Counted from the first letter of the stretch, positions 12,401-26,904 are shown. The stretch is 64,000 nucleotides of DNA from Octopus sinensis (GCF_006345805.1 NC_043004.1:37448001-37512000), one strand, 5' to 3'. The notes: generated by a model not told the origin, from the sequence alone. Program-made: numbers and translations.

Positions 12401-12584
12401 CAATGGTACAGCAACTGCAATTCCTTTTTTGTTAACTTACCTTGGTGAGAAGCAAAGTTTTACCTGTCACCAGGAGCATCAAGAAGAAAATTCCTCTCCT
12501 TTTTTCTGGTGATTATAGAATTCTACACACACATGCACACACAGATACATATACATACAGTATCAAACATCAAATGAAATGTGC

Positions 12585-12615
<31 letters not shown>

Positions 12616-13140
12616 TGATGTCTAAGTGGTACTCACACACACACAGAAAAAAGATGTATGCATATGTATTTATGTATGTACGTATACATAACAACATACC
12701 CCTTCACTCACACACATAAATTTAAACAAACGTACATACAAAAACACACACGTGCATGTGTGACTGACCACAAATACACAGAGCTGAATACAGTGTGCAA
12801 AAAGAGAATGAATAAAAATTTTTTTATGGAAATTATCCAAGTGTGTGAGTTCAGAATGAAATCAAACCTGGAGAGAGAGAGAGAGTGATAACATTGCAAA
12901 CAATAAGATAAACATGGAATGAAAAAAATCATGTAAATAAAAGCATGTTAAGAACTATGTTGTACCGAATATTTAGACTTGTGAACTTCATAAATAAATT
13001 TCAATAATTTATTGTAGTTGTTTACAAATAGCGAACAGTAGCTTACTGGCACCTTGGGCAAGTGTCTTCTACTACAGCCTTGGGCCAACCAAAGCCTTAT
13101 GAGTGGATTTGGTAGACAGAAACTGAAAGAAGCCCGTCGT

Positions 13141-13147
13141 ATATATG

Positions 13148-13200
<53 letters not shown>
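13141..13200. repeat. (TA)n microsatellite inside a SINE; one of many (TA)n, (CA)n, (TG)n and (AG)n tracts
   Basis: Seen directly. Confidence 0.95.
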
Positions 13201-13206
<6 letters not shown>

Positions 13207-13910
13207 CGTGTATATATGTTTGTGTTTGCCCCACCAACATTGCTTGACAACCGATGCTGGTGTGTTTACACCCCCGTAACTTAACAGTTCGGCAAAAGAG
13301 ACCGATAGAATAAGTACTAGGCTTACAAAGAATAAGTCTTGCGGTCGATTTGTTCGACTAAAGGCGGTGCTCCAGCATGGCCGCAGTCAAATGACTGAAA
13401 CAAGTAAAAGTGCATTAAAATAGAGATTGAGACTTCACCATTTTTATGTCAATACCTTAAGCTGACATTGAGAAGTGAATCAGAAATATAAAGCGATCAA
13501 ATGAAGACCCTATTATATGTCCGGGGTCAAATTATGCATGCCTCACAAGTACGGGAGTGATTGGTGAAGCCATTTTCATGTGAAAAGCGAATACACACAC
13601 ATCTCTATCTTGTATATTACATTTATATACACAGTGAAAATATTAAAAGTGAAAGAATAAAAGTGAAAGAAGATAAAAGTGAAACTATAACTGTTACTCC
13701 ATCGAAGGTTTCACTTTTATTCTTCTTGTTTTGGGAAGTAATACAGAAACAGTGCCAATGTTACATTGTTTTTAACTCAAAGAAATTATGTTGACACACC
13801 TAGTATTACCATGTAAAATTTTATTTGATTGAGCCATTTGAGAAAGTGCTGGGAACAGAGACACAAAGGATTTTATGTATATATAGATTCTGCATTTAAG
13901 TAAATATTAC

Positions 13911-13997
13911 CTTAAAACATAAGCATCCATATCTGCATCTTTCTGATAGCTAATTATTTCAACACGGACATTTTTAAGCAGTTCTGCCCATTCTTGT
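13911..13997 (-). CDS. AMD1: AdoMetDC coding exon 2 (R-QEWAELLKNVRVEIISYQKDADMDAYVL-S)
   Basis: 87-nt exon, pyrimidine-rich TTTAG acceptor, AG|GTAATA donor. Phases match exons 1 and 3. Aligns by eye with human SEWDILLKDVQCSIIS...EAYVLS. Confidence 0.95.
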
Positions 13998-16900
13998 CTA
14001 AAGAATAAAAAAGAGAAAATATTAACCAAATCATTACAATTATGCTATCAGATGTTAACTAGATGTATGCTATGAATCATTGGCTTATGGCCTGTTTTAA
14101 ACATTACTAATTCAGAGGACGGCCAGTGCTCTTTTGACATTTTCAGGGTCTGTGACTTGTGGGAAGTTATCCCAGGACAAGATTCTTGGTACATACACAT
14201 AAATAAAAGGGATGGAAGAGGTTGTGGAGAACTACAATTGTTTCAAAAGCATATCAGGTATACTTTACATAACATTATAACTCTCTCATAACTTACAGAT
14301 GTACTTTAAACTCAGGAACATCTAACTTTTCAGTTAAAAAAATAGTCCACCATAAAGGAGGACACAAAAGAAAACTGGGTTAGCAGAAACAACCAAAGTG
14401 GGAGTGGAGATTAGAATAAGTAAAAAAAAAACAGTGCTTACTGATTACCTTAGCAAAATAAACAGAAGTCTTGTTTCATTTTGTTATCATCATACACGAA
14501 TTATTGTAATGGTTGCAAAAGATTATAATCTCATTAGTGTATATGTGGTATTAGTAATGGGAAACTAATGTACTGAAAGCTGGGATGTTTATCCCCAAGG
14601 ATGGATAAATATAAGTAATAAAATGTCAAATACAGAAGCTAGGGAAGAAGAGGAAAGAGGGAGACGAAAAAAGGATAAAGTAAAGCAATAGTGGTAGGTT
14701 ACTAGAACATATGCATACATGAATACACTAGTCTACACACAAATACACAAAGTAGGAAGACAGATGCTAAGCATATCACCATATGTACATAATCATACAC
14801 ACACACACAAATATAAATATATAGACACAAAAATACATACACAAAGATACATGCATATATATATATACATAAAAAAGCACTACGAGCATGGTTGATGCCA
14901 GTGCCCCCTGTCTGGTCCCATGCCAGTGGCACATAAAATGCACCATTCAAGCACAGTCGATGCCAGTACCACCTGACTGGCCCTCATGCCAGTTGCACGT
15001 AAAAGCACCCACTACACTCTCTGAGTAGTTGGTGTTAAGAAGGGCATCCAGCTGTAGAAACTTTGCCACATCAGATTGGAGCTTGGTGCTGATTTCTGGT
15101 TTGCCAGCTCTAAGTCAGACTGTCCAACCCATGCCAGCATGGAAAGCAAATGTTAAACGATGACAATGATGATATACATGCATACATACATATATATATT
15201 ATACATACACACATATTCCCAAATATACACAGCCAACATACAAATATGTATCAACATATCCATTACACATGTATATACTAAGAAAAATAGAATAAAATAT
15301 AGGCACAGATACATACTTAAATATAAAATCCTACAGACAAATACCATTGTATGATATTAAAGGTATGTCAAGTATATATGTAAACATAGCTAAACAAACA
15401 TATACACAGACTTATGCTGCAAGTTAATCAAAGGAAAAGGCTGGAAGAAATAAAGAAATGCACAACAAAATAGCTGAAATGAGACAGGTGAACAAAGTTA
15501 CATGCATAGCTAGACATATAAATTCCTATGCACAAACAAGTACACATATATATGCTTAAGATCAAAGTGATATAGAAAAGCAAAATGTAAACAGAAACAT
15601 ATAAATGAGAATTAAAGTTTGTAGCACGGGAAGATATTGCATTATTTATGTTTACATTTCCCTTGGCTTACTAAAGAATCTTGCATACCATTATGCTATA
15701 TATGTTGTCTGTTTGCTCATGGAAAAAATACAAGAAATTAACAGCAAGACTTTATTCCTTCGTTAAATAGTCCAGTGGACTTAATAAAGCATCGTGAATT
15801 CTGGTGGTTGTATAGTTCATCCATTGTTTGGATAATTCAGCTCAGGTCATCAGTGGTTACACGTGCTCCGTTATATAAACTTTGCTCTAGTGAATTATGG
15901 CAGGAAAATAACGTGACTACCCCTCTGCTCATAGATGATTTGTTACACCAATTTATAGAAAAAAGGTAGGCGTCAGAACACATGCAGATTAGTTGTTTGA
16001 GACTCTATTAAGTGCAAAGTGATTGGATCTTTGATCCAAATCCAGCGAAATACTCAACCAAAGCACAGGACTCAACCAATGTTCAAGACTCACATGATAG
16101 GTATGACAACCAATCATTATAGATTAATGCACTGAGTCCCTATCAGTTTAATATATTCAATATACCATAATAGAAAATGGTCTCACTACAAGTTCATTAA
16201 ATCTATTTATGTTTTCCTCTCTATACATAATCATCATAGTCACTGCAATACAAAACAAGTACCTTTATTATAATCACTACTGGGTTTCACATGACCATTC
16301 AACCATTTGATACTGTAGTCAACTAAATCCATCTTTAATTTCCAAATTATTTTAGATAAAGATGTGCTAGCAGCTTTGGCTTCGGACCAAAAGTATGTCA
16401 ATATCATTTCCAATTCACATTTCACTCAACAAAAGCAACATGATTCTGGTGTAAGCCCTGCCCAAGGTAACCTTCTGAACAAGAACATCACTAGGATAAA
16501 CAACTTCAGTAATCTTACCAACTTTGATACCGATACAACTGAGGGTATGTTTAGTGAAGGTACTAGCAGCCCCAAGCACTGTGACCTGCGCCACATTCCA
16601 TGTTAACCCTTAAGCAGAGGGTGTAATTGTAAATGTCCTTCATCCTGTCCATTTGATGCCTAATGAACAATGTTGTTTATCAATGTGTAGTCACTACAAA
16701 TCAGTCTAGATACGTTTACAAATATGTCTTGTAAACTCCAAAACTAGATTAGATAATCATAATAGGTCCAAAGCTGGAGCTATAGAAAGTATTTGAAGGA
16801 GAAATCCAGACAGGTTGTCAACTATAAAGCACAACAGTCCGTTAAAGCTGCTGCTACATGAACCTAAAGATTGCAAAAAGTATGAAAGTACTTGTATTAT

Positions 16901-17535
16901 TGTAGTATGTAATACTGTAAAACTGTAAAAAAGAGCAAAGTAATGTATGCGGGTGTATATATGTATGGATGTATAAGTATATGTGTGGTTATATAGGTAT
17001 GCATGTTTATGTACACATACATGCATCTGTAGAGTAAGGTGTGTGTGTGTATATATATGTGTGTGTGTGTGTGTGTGTATAGGTCCCAATGCATCCATCT
17101 ATTTCTCTCTCTCTCTAAATTTCTATCACCACTTTCTTTTCCTACTGGGGTAGCCAAGTATAGTAAGACACTTATCTCTATCTTTCTATTATATCTTAAC
17201 ATCTCACCTGGCAAAAAAATCATTTCCCAGTTCCACTCCCTCTCTCAGATGAGTTACTTAGCAACCCGACTGGAGTTAGCGCCACATAAAAAGCACCAGT
17301 GCCGCTTCCACATAAAAAGCACCCAGTACAGTCTGTAAAGTGGTTGGCATTAGGAAGGGCACCCAGCCATTGAAACCATGCCAAAGCAGACAAATGGAGC
17401 CTGGTGCAGCTCTCCAGCTTGGCAACACCTGCCAAACTGTCCAACCCATGCCAGCATGCAAGATGGGTTTGAAATAATGATGATCTTCTTATAGATATAA
17501 CCTGTTAAAAACAAATAAATATCATCATGGGCACA

Positions 17536-17935
17536 GGAGTGGCTGTGTGGTAAGTAGCTTGCTAACCAACCACATGGTTCCGGGTTCAGTCCCACTGCGT
17601 GGCATCTTGGGCAAGTGTCTACTGCTATAGCCCTGGGCCGACCAATGCCTTGTGAGTGGATTTGGTAGACGGAAATTGAAAGAAGCCTGTTGTATATATG
17701 TATATATATGTATATGTATGTGTGTGTTTGTGTGTCTGTGTTTATCCCCCGAGAATTGCTTGACAACCGATGCTGGTGTGTTTACGTCCCCGTCACTTAG
17801 CGGTTCGGCAAAAGAGACCGATAGAATAAGTACTGGGCTTACAAAAGAATAAGTTCCGGGGTCGATTTGCTCGACTAAAGGCGGTGCTCCAGCATGGCCG
17901 CAGTCAAATGACTGAAACAAGTAAAAGAAAGAAAG
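17536..17935 (+). mobile_element. tRNA-derived SINE family B; copies at 13045-13410 (+), 58735-59125 (-), partial 4800-4940 (-)
   Basis: GGAGTGGCTGTGTGGTAAG...GGGTTCAGTCCC head, CTTGGGCAAGTGTC core, central TA/TG microsatellite, GACTGAAACAAGTAAAAG end. Confidence 0.85.
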
Positions 17936-18259
17936 AGAGAATCATCATCATCATTTAGCATCTTTTACTAGGCTGGCATGGGTTGTATAGTTTTGAAAAG
18001 AATTGATGAGCCAGAGTGCTGTGCCGAGCCCCATTGGGGACTGAGATGGATGGAATATCATTTTGGGGGAGGGGAAGTAAATGAAAGGAAACAGGTGTGG
18101 ATCAGGAAGTGGGAGATGATAGAAGACAATAGTAGAGATTCAGTATGAGGTAATCAGGGGGATAATGGCATCCTTTACAACAATCAAGTAAGTAGTACCA
18201 CAAAAGAAAGATGGAGGGATGGGTATTAGAAGTTGAGTTGTGAAGGGGTAAAGCTTGAC

Positions 18260-18880
18260 AGGCCCTCAATGTTGCTGTAATGGATGGGTTTTCTCTAGTA
18301 CAGCATATCACCACCCTGTCATTTTCTCTGAGAGGTTCAACATCTTGAGGCCAGTTTTTATCACTTCATCTCACCTTTTCACAGGTCTTTCTCTTCCACA
18401 AGCTCCTTCCACATTTAGCAATTGGCATTTCTTTAAGTGGCTGTCCTCATTCATCCATTCACATCACATGACCATACCAATGCAACCTTCTCTCCTGCAC
18501 ACCACAACCAATGCCTCTTACGTCCAATTTTTTCTCAAGACATTTGTACTTTTTTTGCATGTGACACTGACATTATACATCCACTGGAGCATGCTAGCTT
18601 CATTCCTTTCCAGTTTTTGTGTGTCTTTCGCACTTGCAGCCCAAGTTACACAACCATGTGGCATTGTTGTTTGTTTAAAGGCATTGTGCAATCTGTCTTT
18701 CACTCTGACAGAAAGAGAGACGGGATTTTTGTTACCAATAGAGGTAAGGATTCACTGCACTTTCTCCTGTCAGTTCTTATTCTAGCAACTATACTATCAG
18801 CACCACCACTTCCACTGCTAATTAAGGTCACCTAAGTGACAAGAACTATCTACTACCTCCTAAACATTGGAGAACATCTA
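18260..18880 (-). mobile_element. RTE-clade LINE RT C-terminal remnant
   Basis: KDRLHNAFKQTTMPHGCVTWA...LERNEASMLQWMYNVSV. Confidence 0.75.
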
Positions 18881-18904
18881 TTTCCCATTTGCTTTTAGTG
18901 TTTA

Positions 18905-19207
18905 CAAGCAGTATCGCCCGGCGTTGCTCGGGTTTGTAAGGGAAATAACTATATAAGCATTTTTAGAGAGTTACTTCCCTTATATAAACCGAGCAAAAAT
19001 CATTAAAAATGCGGAAAAATGATGGTAAATTTTTTTTTAAACCGTAGACTCATCGTAGACGCACACTAATACCTTGAAGGGCTCGATATGAATCACAACT
19101 ATAAGATACCCGCTTTTGGTTAAACTGCACCGCAAAATGTGGGAGTAGTTAGGAATCTAAATCGGAGTAGACAGACACACACACAACTTTAGTTTTATAT
19201 ATAAAGA
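18905..19207 (-). mobile_element. Internally deleted copy of the 7963 Helitron family; other 3' ends at 63922-64000 (-) and, a related one, at 4741-4790 (-)
   Basis: Shares the GTATCGCCCGGCGTTGCTCGGG hairpin end and a TC-AT-rich 5' end. Confidence 0.8.
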
Positions 19208-19989
19208 TTTCACCTATACATCTGCAACAAAGTTAACCTTCCTGTGATTCCACTGCTTCTCTTATATGTCCATAGTTTGCAATGAGTACAACAAATGGAG
19301 TTTCTACCAACACCTACATATTGAACAAGGCCATTTACTCAAAAGGTTTTCTTACTAAGTAGAACTTTGGTCTTTGCCAAATTAACGTTAGTTCTCCTGA
19401 CAAGCTGTCAAAAGTACAAACATGCAACTTAGGCTATCCGTTTAAATGCTAGCATAATTTACAACTAAAGAATCAATGCCATAAGTTTGAGGCAGGAAGC
19501 TGGATATGTCTGAGGAATGATCAACAATCCAAACAAATGGTCTGTAGGAGACCCCTCCTTCTTTCTCCTACACATCAAAAGCATAGAAGGAATGTTAGCA
19601 TTCCTTTTACTTCACTCACAGCCAGGCTTTGTGACACACACACACACACGCATGTGTGTGTCTGTGTGTTGTTTACATTTGAGCTTCTTAAAAATTCACT
19701 GAAGAACAAATTATAATATTATTTCTCCTCTCAACAAACTGTCAGCTGGCTTTGTGCCATGAAAAGAGTATTATTTGAAAACCAGATAAGGGTTATGAAC
19801 AAGGACATCAAACTATAAAAAATGCCACAATCATAGCCAAGCCATGGAAAAAAACGGATGTAAAATGAACAAACAATACATCAAATTACTAAAGTAATTA
19901 CAGAAGCATCAAATTGCTCAAGTAATTATAGCAATACCAAATTGGTGAAATAGATCAAGAAAATTATAGCCCAATTAATTTGTAACACA

Positions 19990-21300
19990 ATTAGACTAAA
20001 TAAAATGTAGTTTGGTTTTGTGATGGGGAGTATGACTACTAATACCATCTTCCTAGTGAAACAGCCACAGCAGAAGTATTTAGCTAAATGTAAACCATTG
20101 TACCTAGCGGTCATTAACCTGCAGAAATCCTTCAATAGAGTGCCGTGCTTTGTAATTTGGTGGTTTGCAAGGAAACTAGAGATAGACAAATGGCTTGTGA
20201 AAACCATGTAAACCATGTGCAGGGGTACTGTTAGTAAGCTTGAGTTAGTCATAAGTACAGCAATTTAGAGTACAGATACGAGTTCACCAGGGCTCAGTTT
20301 TCAGCCCCCTATTATCATTGACCTCCAGGACATAACAAGGGAATTTATGACTAGCTGCCCTTAGGAACTATTATATGCTGAGGACCTCATTCTTATAATA
20401 GAATCTGTAGTAGACATAAAAATGAAATTCCAAGTATGAAAGCAAAACCTGGAATTAAAGGGCCTTAAAATTATCTTAGTAAAGACCAAAGTTCGAGTGA
20501 ACATGAGAACAGACAGGACTCTCCTCTCCTCAGGTAATGGTCCTGCTCATCATGCAGGAAAGGCATAGGCTGGAATTTCATATGGTATATCCAGTGCAAA
20601 CTATAAATATACAAGGGTTGCCATGGACTCACAAGAAGGTTAACAGAGAAAGTAGTGTTGGTATGTGGAAGCTGAACAGGAGCAATAAACACTAAGGACA
20701 CATGGGGTAACTGGTTTTCTCAAATGACTTGAATGCGCCCTAGAGGTAGCAGTTTCAATTATCTAGAGGACCTAATTAGCAGTGGAGGAGGATGCTCTGG
20801 AAGTAGAGTTGCTGGAATAAAAATGGGATACTGAGAGAGCTCTTACCTCTGTTGGCTATAAAAGGTCGCTTTCTCAATCTCAAACTGAAAGGCAGATGGT
20901 ATGATGCTTGTGGGCAAACAGCAATGCTACATGGTAGTAAGTCATGGGCCCTGAATGCAGAGGATATGGAAGGCTACAAGAATGAGGCTCATGTGCTCCA
21001 CTGGATGTGCAGTGTTGGCTTACATGTACGATAAAGTGCTCAGTTATTGAGATCAAAATCAGCAATAAGAGGAATTCGATGTAGTGTGCAAGAGAAAAGA
21101 CTGCCCTGGTGTGCTTATGTGATATAAACAGATGAAGTCAAAGCAGTGCCAGTCACTAAAACTGAATAGTAGTTGTGGAAGAAGAGGGAGGCCCAGGAAG
21201 ACATGTGACAAAATAGTGAAATTGGATCCCAAGATGCTGAATCTCTCAGAAGAGATGACAAAGGACCAAGAGGCCTGGCAATTTGCTGTGCTCAAAAAGA
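19990..21300 (+). mobile_element. Decayed RTE-clade LINE reverse transcriptase region
   Basis: KQPQQKYLAKCKPLYLAVINLQKSFNRVP...LKGRWYDACGQTAMLHGSKSWAL...GRRGRPRKTCD, with many frameshifts. Confidence 0.8.
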
Positions 21301-22196
21301 CACCTCAATCACAACAGAAATGTCCTAAAGGTATTCTTATTCTTCTATCCTCTTTCCTGAGCCACTGCTTACCCCCCACCCACCCACCTCTTCATATGGA
21401 TATTTGCTATCAAACACAACTCTACCCTTGTTCATCACTCACTACATTCACCTCTTCTCCCATCTCTAACTCCCCTGTCGCTCTCCCCGCATATGTCTCC
21501 TCTATAGCAAGACATCTGTATTTCTCCCTCTATCATACTTTAGCCTCACAGAACCAGACAAAAAGATGTCACCTCCCCCTCTCTAGTACCATACCCACTC
21601 ACTTTAGGCATGGAAACTTTCCATTCTTTCCACATGTTGCAATTTACTTGACGATCTCACAGCATGAAAAGGGCACCGAGGCCATACTGTAAAGTGGCCG
21701 ACATTAGGGAGGGAATCCAGCTGCAGAAATCATGCCAAAGCTGACACCGGCGCTTGGAGCAACCCTGCAGCTTACCACATCCTGCCAAGCCATCTAATCC
21801 ATGCCAGCATGGAGAATGGACATTAAACGATGATGATGATTATATATATATATACACACATATACATATATTGGTAAAAACGGTAAGATAACAAAAGAAA
21901 GAAAGAGACCTCAATATTAAGTAAATAGAGGAATTTATCTGTAAATATAATGTGTGACAATTATTTGGTAGCCAAGAGTTTTATCTTGGCTACCAAATAA
22001 TTGTCACATATTATATTTACATATATATATATATATATAGTCAATAAAATACATATCAGAAAAGAAGCACACTCTAAAGAATAGAGCAGAAAAATTTTGA
22101 GGTCAAGTCTAGATTGTCCAATTTCTAGTTTAGTAATACAAATTACTTTACAGTCATCAGTAGAATATGCTAATGGAGTGTAATTTGAAGTGGTTT

Positions 22197-22600
22197 TTAG
22201 AGTCTTTTGATTGACTTAGAGGGATCGTTGTCTATCATGGCCTGGATCTCACCAACAAATTCAGGAGTTCTTTGCTTATCAGAATGATCAGAGTAAATTT
22301 TCCAAGCTGTTGTACATTCATAATCACTATTAGACTCATCCAACTCTTTCCAAATCCTCTGCACTGTCCTCAGATTGACTACCAAACAATCTGAAATATT
22401 CGTATTGGAGCTTCCAGCGTGAATGCCAAGCAGCACAGCATGTTGTTTCCAAATTTCTGGCAGAGTGAATTACATCATGGTGCTGTTTTTCTCACAGACG
22501 GTGCCCAACTGACCCTACGATATTGTGTGGTCAACAAAATCAAAAGGAAACAATGTGCATGCACAAAATTAAAGAAATATAAAATGGCAACAATTTATCT
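22197..22600 (-). mobile_element. Tc1/mariner-type transposase N-terminal (HTH) remnant
   Basis: HAGSSNTNISDCLVVNLRTVQRIWKEL...RTPEFVGEIQAMIDNDPSKSI. Confidence 0.6.
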
Positions 22601-23389
22601 AACACACTCTGTGTATGTGTATGTGTGTGTGTGGAGGCGCAATGGCCCAGTGGTTACGGCAGTGGACTCACAGTCATAGGATTGTAGTTTCAATTCCCAG
22701 ACCAGACATTGTGAGTGTTTATTAAGCGAAAACACCTAAAGCTCCACAAGGTTCTGGCAGGGGGTGGTGGTGAACCCTGCTGTACTCTTTCAGCACAACT
22801 TCCTCTCACTCTTTCTTCCTGTTTCTGTTGTATTTCAAAGGGCCAACCTTATCACACTCTGTGTCACGCTGAATCTCACTCAGAACTACCATAAGAGTAC
22901 ATGTGTCTATGGAGTGCTCAGCCACTTGCACATTAATTTCATGAGCAGACTGTTCCATTGATCAGATCAACTGGAACTCTCATCGTTATAACCGACGGAG
23001 TGCCGTAGTATTGTGTGTATGTATGTATATATATATATACACACACACTTGCATGCATGTATGTGCACGTTATGAGCAATCATAGTTGTATGTACGAGTG
23101 ATTGAATGCATGTATATTCTTCGTATATGTTTGTGTATAAGTATATTGAGCATTAATGTGCCTGTCTAGCTTTATTTTATGTAATGAAGTCTGCATGCGG
23201 GCATGTGTGAGTACAATTTACAAATGCCACTGTATCTGGTATTTTTTTTATTTTTCACTTTCTTATCATTTCATCTTTTCCCTCACTCTCCTTTGCATTA
23301 TCTTCTCTAATTAATTAACATCCCATCTTGTATTCTGACTTTTCTACTATGGCACCTTTCTTCAGCTTTATAACCATATGGTGAAAATA

Positions 23390-24100
23390 TTAACCCTTTA
23401 TGGCCTGGTCTACATATAAGTGTATAGGATAAAAATGTATGTTGACTTTGAGCTGGGATATGGTCTTGGGGGCCAAGAATGCCAAGGTCTCCACTGCTAC
23501 AGGCTTGACCATAAACCTGTCAGAGAGCAACCGATACCTTGACAGTTTGCTTTTCTCAGCCTGACAAACAGCAAAGCCTAGGCTGGTAGATATAGATAAA
23601 CACACCAAGTTGCCAGTGTAAGGGAAAATTGTCATAATGCCAGTCCTTTTACTGTCTCTTTGGTCTAATACGCTACTCAAGCTGGGAAGGGAAGCCAGTG
23701 ATGTCTAGGCAATACTTTATGATGTTGTTAAGGACAACATGGTATGGAAGGCAATCAGCACTCTGACACTATGTAGAAGCAGAAAGAATCTGCATTGGAT
23801 TCACAATGGTATTCATGAGGTTCACAGATCAGGAACCGAAGCCTCAGGGAAATGCTGAAGTGCAAACAATCACTGCCAACGTGAGTGCCAGTCGAAAGTG
23901 GAGGCACTGTATTGAGCCAAGCCCTACTGCGAGGAGGCACAGAGGCTGAGCAGAAACATTCCAAGTTGGCACATTAACTCATCCAAGATCATGCAACACT
24001 GGACGGCATCCCATTTCTATTGAGAGGACCAAACATCCACAGTGGGGATAGGGGGATGGACATTAGCAGGGTGCAGGCCAAGCTGGCTCCATGTTGCGTA
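23390..24100 (-). mobile_element. LINE APE-endonuclease remnant (probably RTE)
   Basis: VPTWNVS-like and LGFAV...LLSDRFM...-like motifs, decayed. Confidence 0.5.
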
Positions 24101-24120
24101 AGCCACCTTGTGCTCAACAA

Positions 24121-24690
24121 TCACAGATGGTTCAGTTGTGAAGATTTGTATGATACAAGTCTATGAACAGCAACGCTACATGAAGGTAGTAGTATGCTCT
24201 GCTGAATGCACAACATCAGCATACATGTGTGATTGAGTGTTAGTGTACTGAGAGAAAAGTTAGGCATAAGGATTAGATGCAGTGTGCAAGAGAGAAGACT
24301 GCACTGGTTTGGGCATGTTATGCGTATGGATGTAGACAGTTGCATAGAGAGGAGTCAATCACAAAGTGGGTGAAGCCTGTGGGAGAGCGAGATCCAGAAA
24401 GACATGGGACAAAGTATTGAAGATTGACCTCAAGACACTGAGCCTTACAAAGATGACAAAGGACTAAGATAACTGGCACCTTGCTAACCCAGGAAGACCC
24501 GTCAACCACAGCAGAATTGGTACAAGTACTGGTGCCACATAAAAAGCATCCGGTGCATACTGTAAAATAGTTGGCATTAGGAAGGGCTCCAGCTGTAGAA
24601 ACCATGCCACAACAATGGAGCCTGGTTCAGCCCCTGGCCTTACCAACTCCCATCAAACTGTCCGACTTATGCCAGCATGGAAAACAGAAA
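24121..24690 (+). mobile_element. RTE LINE 3' end: RT C-terminus joined to the abundant tail repeat
   Basis: ...RCSVQERRLHWFGHVMRMDVDSCIE...SQKDMGQ followed by the tail motif. Confidence 0.75.
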
Positions 24691-24716
24691 CTAAATAAGG
24701 AGGATAATATATACAC

Positions 24717-24917
24717 CAGTGCTTTTCAAACTTTTTGCTGGAGCGGAACCCCAAGGAAACATTCCACTGGCTCGAGGAATCCCTGTGCAATAATTTAATA
24801 GTCTTATGCACACATATCTGCACAGGAGAATTAAAAATTACTGCCGATTTTAGCAGTTTTGTAACTTCTTGCGGAACCCCTGGACTGAACTGGCGGAACC
24901 CTGGTTGAAAACCACTG
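24717..24917. mobile_element. hAT-type MITE, 201 bp
   Basis: TIR CAGTG(C/G)TTTTCAA and exact 8-bp TSD ATATACAC at 24709-24716 and 24918-24925. Confidence 0.9.
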
Positions 24918-26795
24918 ATATACACGCACACAAAAAAAACGCTTTGGCAGTATTTTTCTATGTAATTGATGTAGAGTTGGAGTAAATGTACAACTGCATT
25001 TGGAGAATAGAGTATAAACCAGTGTAATGTCATCTGTGCAGAGAAAGCGTGAAAGTTTTGAGATACTGAAAGATCAGCCAAGTTATAAGATAGTAAGTTT
25101 TAGGGTGGTGTACATGTGGGGTTTGAAGTTTATTGCAATACAAAGTGTTCTTCCTTACATGTTTATGTTATCTAATGTATAATGTATAACTTGAACAATT
25201 CTGTTGTTTCCATCATGGGTTATCTGTGAGCCCTCAAAATATGAAAGTCCTTTTACTTTCTTTACTGAATTTTATATGTGAATGAACTGGATGTGTTGCA
25301 TGTAACTCTTAATATTTTTCTCTTCTGTCTATTTGGAATGATGTCGAAAATGAAAGCGGATTGTTTTCACATCACTTTTCTGTTTGTAGCTATGGTTGTA
25401 AGCAGATGTAAGGTTGAAATAAATGTATGTGGGGAATAATGGAAGAAGTAAAACCCTATGTATTCAAGGCTATTTTTGTGTTGTTTAGCACCTGGTCTGA
25501 CCTCATCAAGCAGACTTATGCTTTTCTGAAACAGTGTATCTAAAACTAAATTCGTATTTGATTTCTTTGGCGTTGTTTGTAAGATGTGGGACAATAGATT
25601 TGTGCAAAATATGGCTAAATGAGTTACAATGGTTTACGTTTGGTCGCATAACACAACACTTCTCTTTCGTTTGTTCCGTTATGTATGTTTTGGGGTTTGT
25701 AGAAAGTCGTGTTGGTTAAAATCAAATATTAGTGGAATGACTCTTGCGCTACTCTGCTCGGGAATTTTTTTTTTTTAAATCTACACACAATTCTTCTAAA
25801 TGTTAAAGAATTGAGAAATCATTGCCAGCCAGCGATTTTCTTCATTTTTTAATTTAATTTTTTTATATTTACTTCGATGTTTACTTTCAGTAAAGCAGAA
25901 TTTGTATTTCAATACCTCCTGTAGCACAGATTCAAAATAATAAAGTGGAGGGAAGTTAATAATCTATTGATTAGGTACGACGCACGTGTTGAGATAAGAA
26001 TTTGTTTAATGTTTAGATACATCTTATGCAAACAAACAATATTTATTGCACCCATTCATTTAACTCTTGCACATATCGGCGATCTTTCGCACATATCTAT
26101 TATATTATTATTATTATTATTATTATTATTAGCGGAGTGAAGCGCATTTCGGTATTTCGTCCGTCGCTACGTTCCGAGTTCAAATTCCGCCGAGGTCGAC
26201 TTTGCCTTCATCCTTTCGAGGTCGATAAATTAAGTACCAGTGAAACACTGAGGTCGATTTAATCGACTTAATCCCCTCCCAACAAATTTGAGGCTTTTTT
26301 GCCTCTAGTAGAAAGGATTATTATTCAATTAGCTATTTTATCAAGGTATCCGCTTGAGTTTTAAAAAAATTAACGCATGGCGGCAATCAAACATTTATCG
26401 ACGAGCAGGACTTATTTTTTTCTTTTTAAGAACAAAACTAATTGAAAAAAAAATAAGCCATAGATATATAAAGAAAGCGAAAATATTTCGTTTAAAAAAG
26501 AATTTTACAAAGTTTTGGATAATGGGGAAACTGAGAAGTTCAATGTCCTGATATTTTATCTGAGATAAGCAATAAACTATTCTTTCAATAGAAAGAGAAA
26601 AACTGTCAGAAGTGAAATGTTGTGAAGGAATTCATCTGTAAAAGGCAATAAGGAATTTGTAAATATGTTTACTGGCTGTTTGCAAACATAATTAACGATC
26701 CGTTTTAACAGTTTAGTCTGTTCTTTAGATTAAGTTACATAACAAGCATGACATGGAAATGAAATCAACCTAAAAGAAAATAAACTAAAACTTAC

Positions 26796-26893
26796 CGAGA
26801 AATTATTCTAAGATCCCTAGAATCACTGGAAGGTGAGAACCAGACTTCGAGCAATTTTTCAGTGCCTTCAAAGAAATGAGTTGCTGAAGCCAT
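26796..26893 (-). CDS. AMD1: S-adenosylmethionine decarboxylase proenzyme, coding exon 1 (MASATHFFEGTEKLLEVWFSPSSDSRDLRIIS+CG)
   Basis: Hand translation contains HFFEGTEKLLEVWFS, as in the human AMD1 N-terminus. 98 nt, phase-2 donor CG|GTAAG. Confidence 0.97.
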
Positions 26894-26904
26894 AATTGGT
26901 GGAA

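Noticed and set aside
15775-16870. Repeat-poor stretch with ORFs 15775-15969 and 16364-16606 as a possible nested gene in AMD1 intron 1
   Set aside because: No recognisable protein similarity, no consistent exon chain, and stops in all frames. A tBLASTx or RNA-seq check would be needed to revive it.
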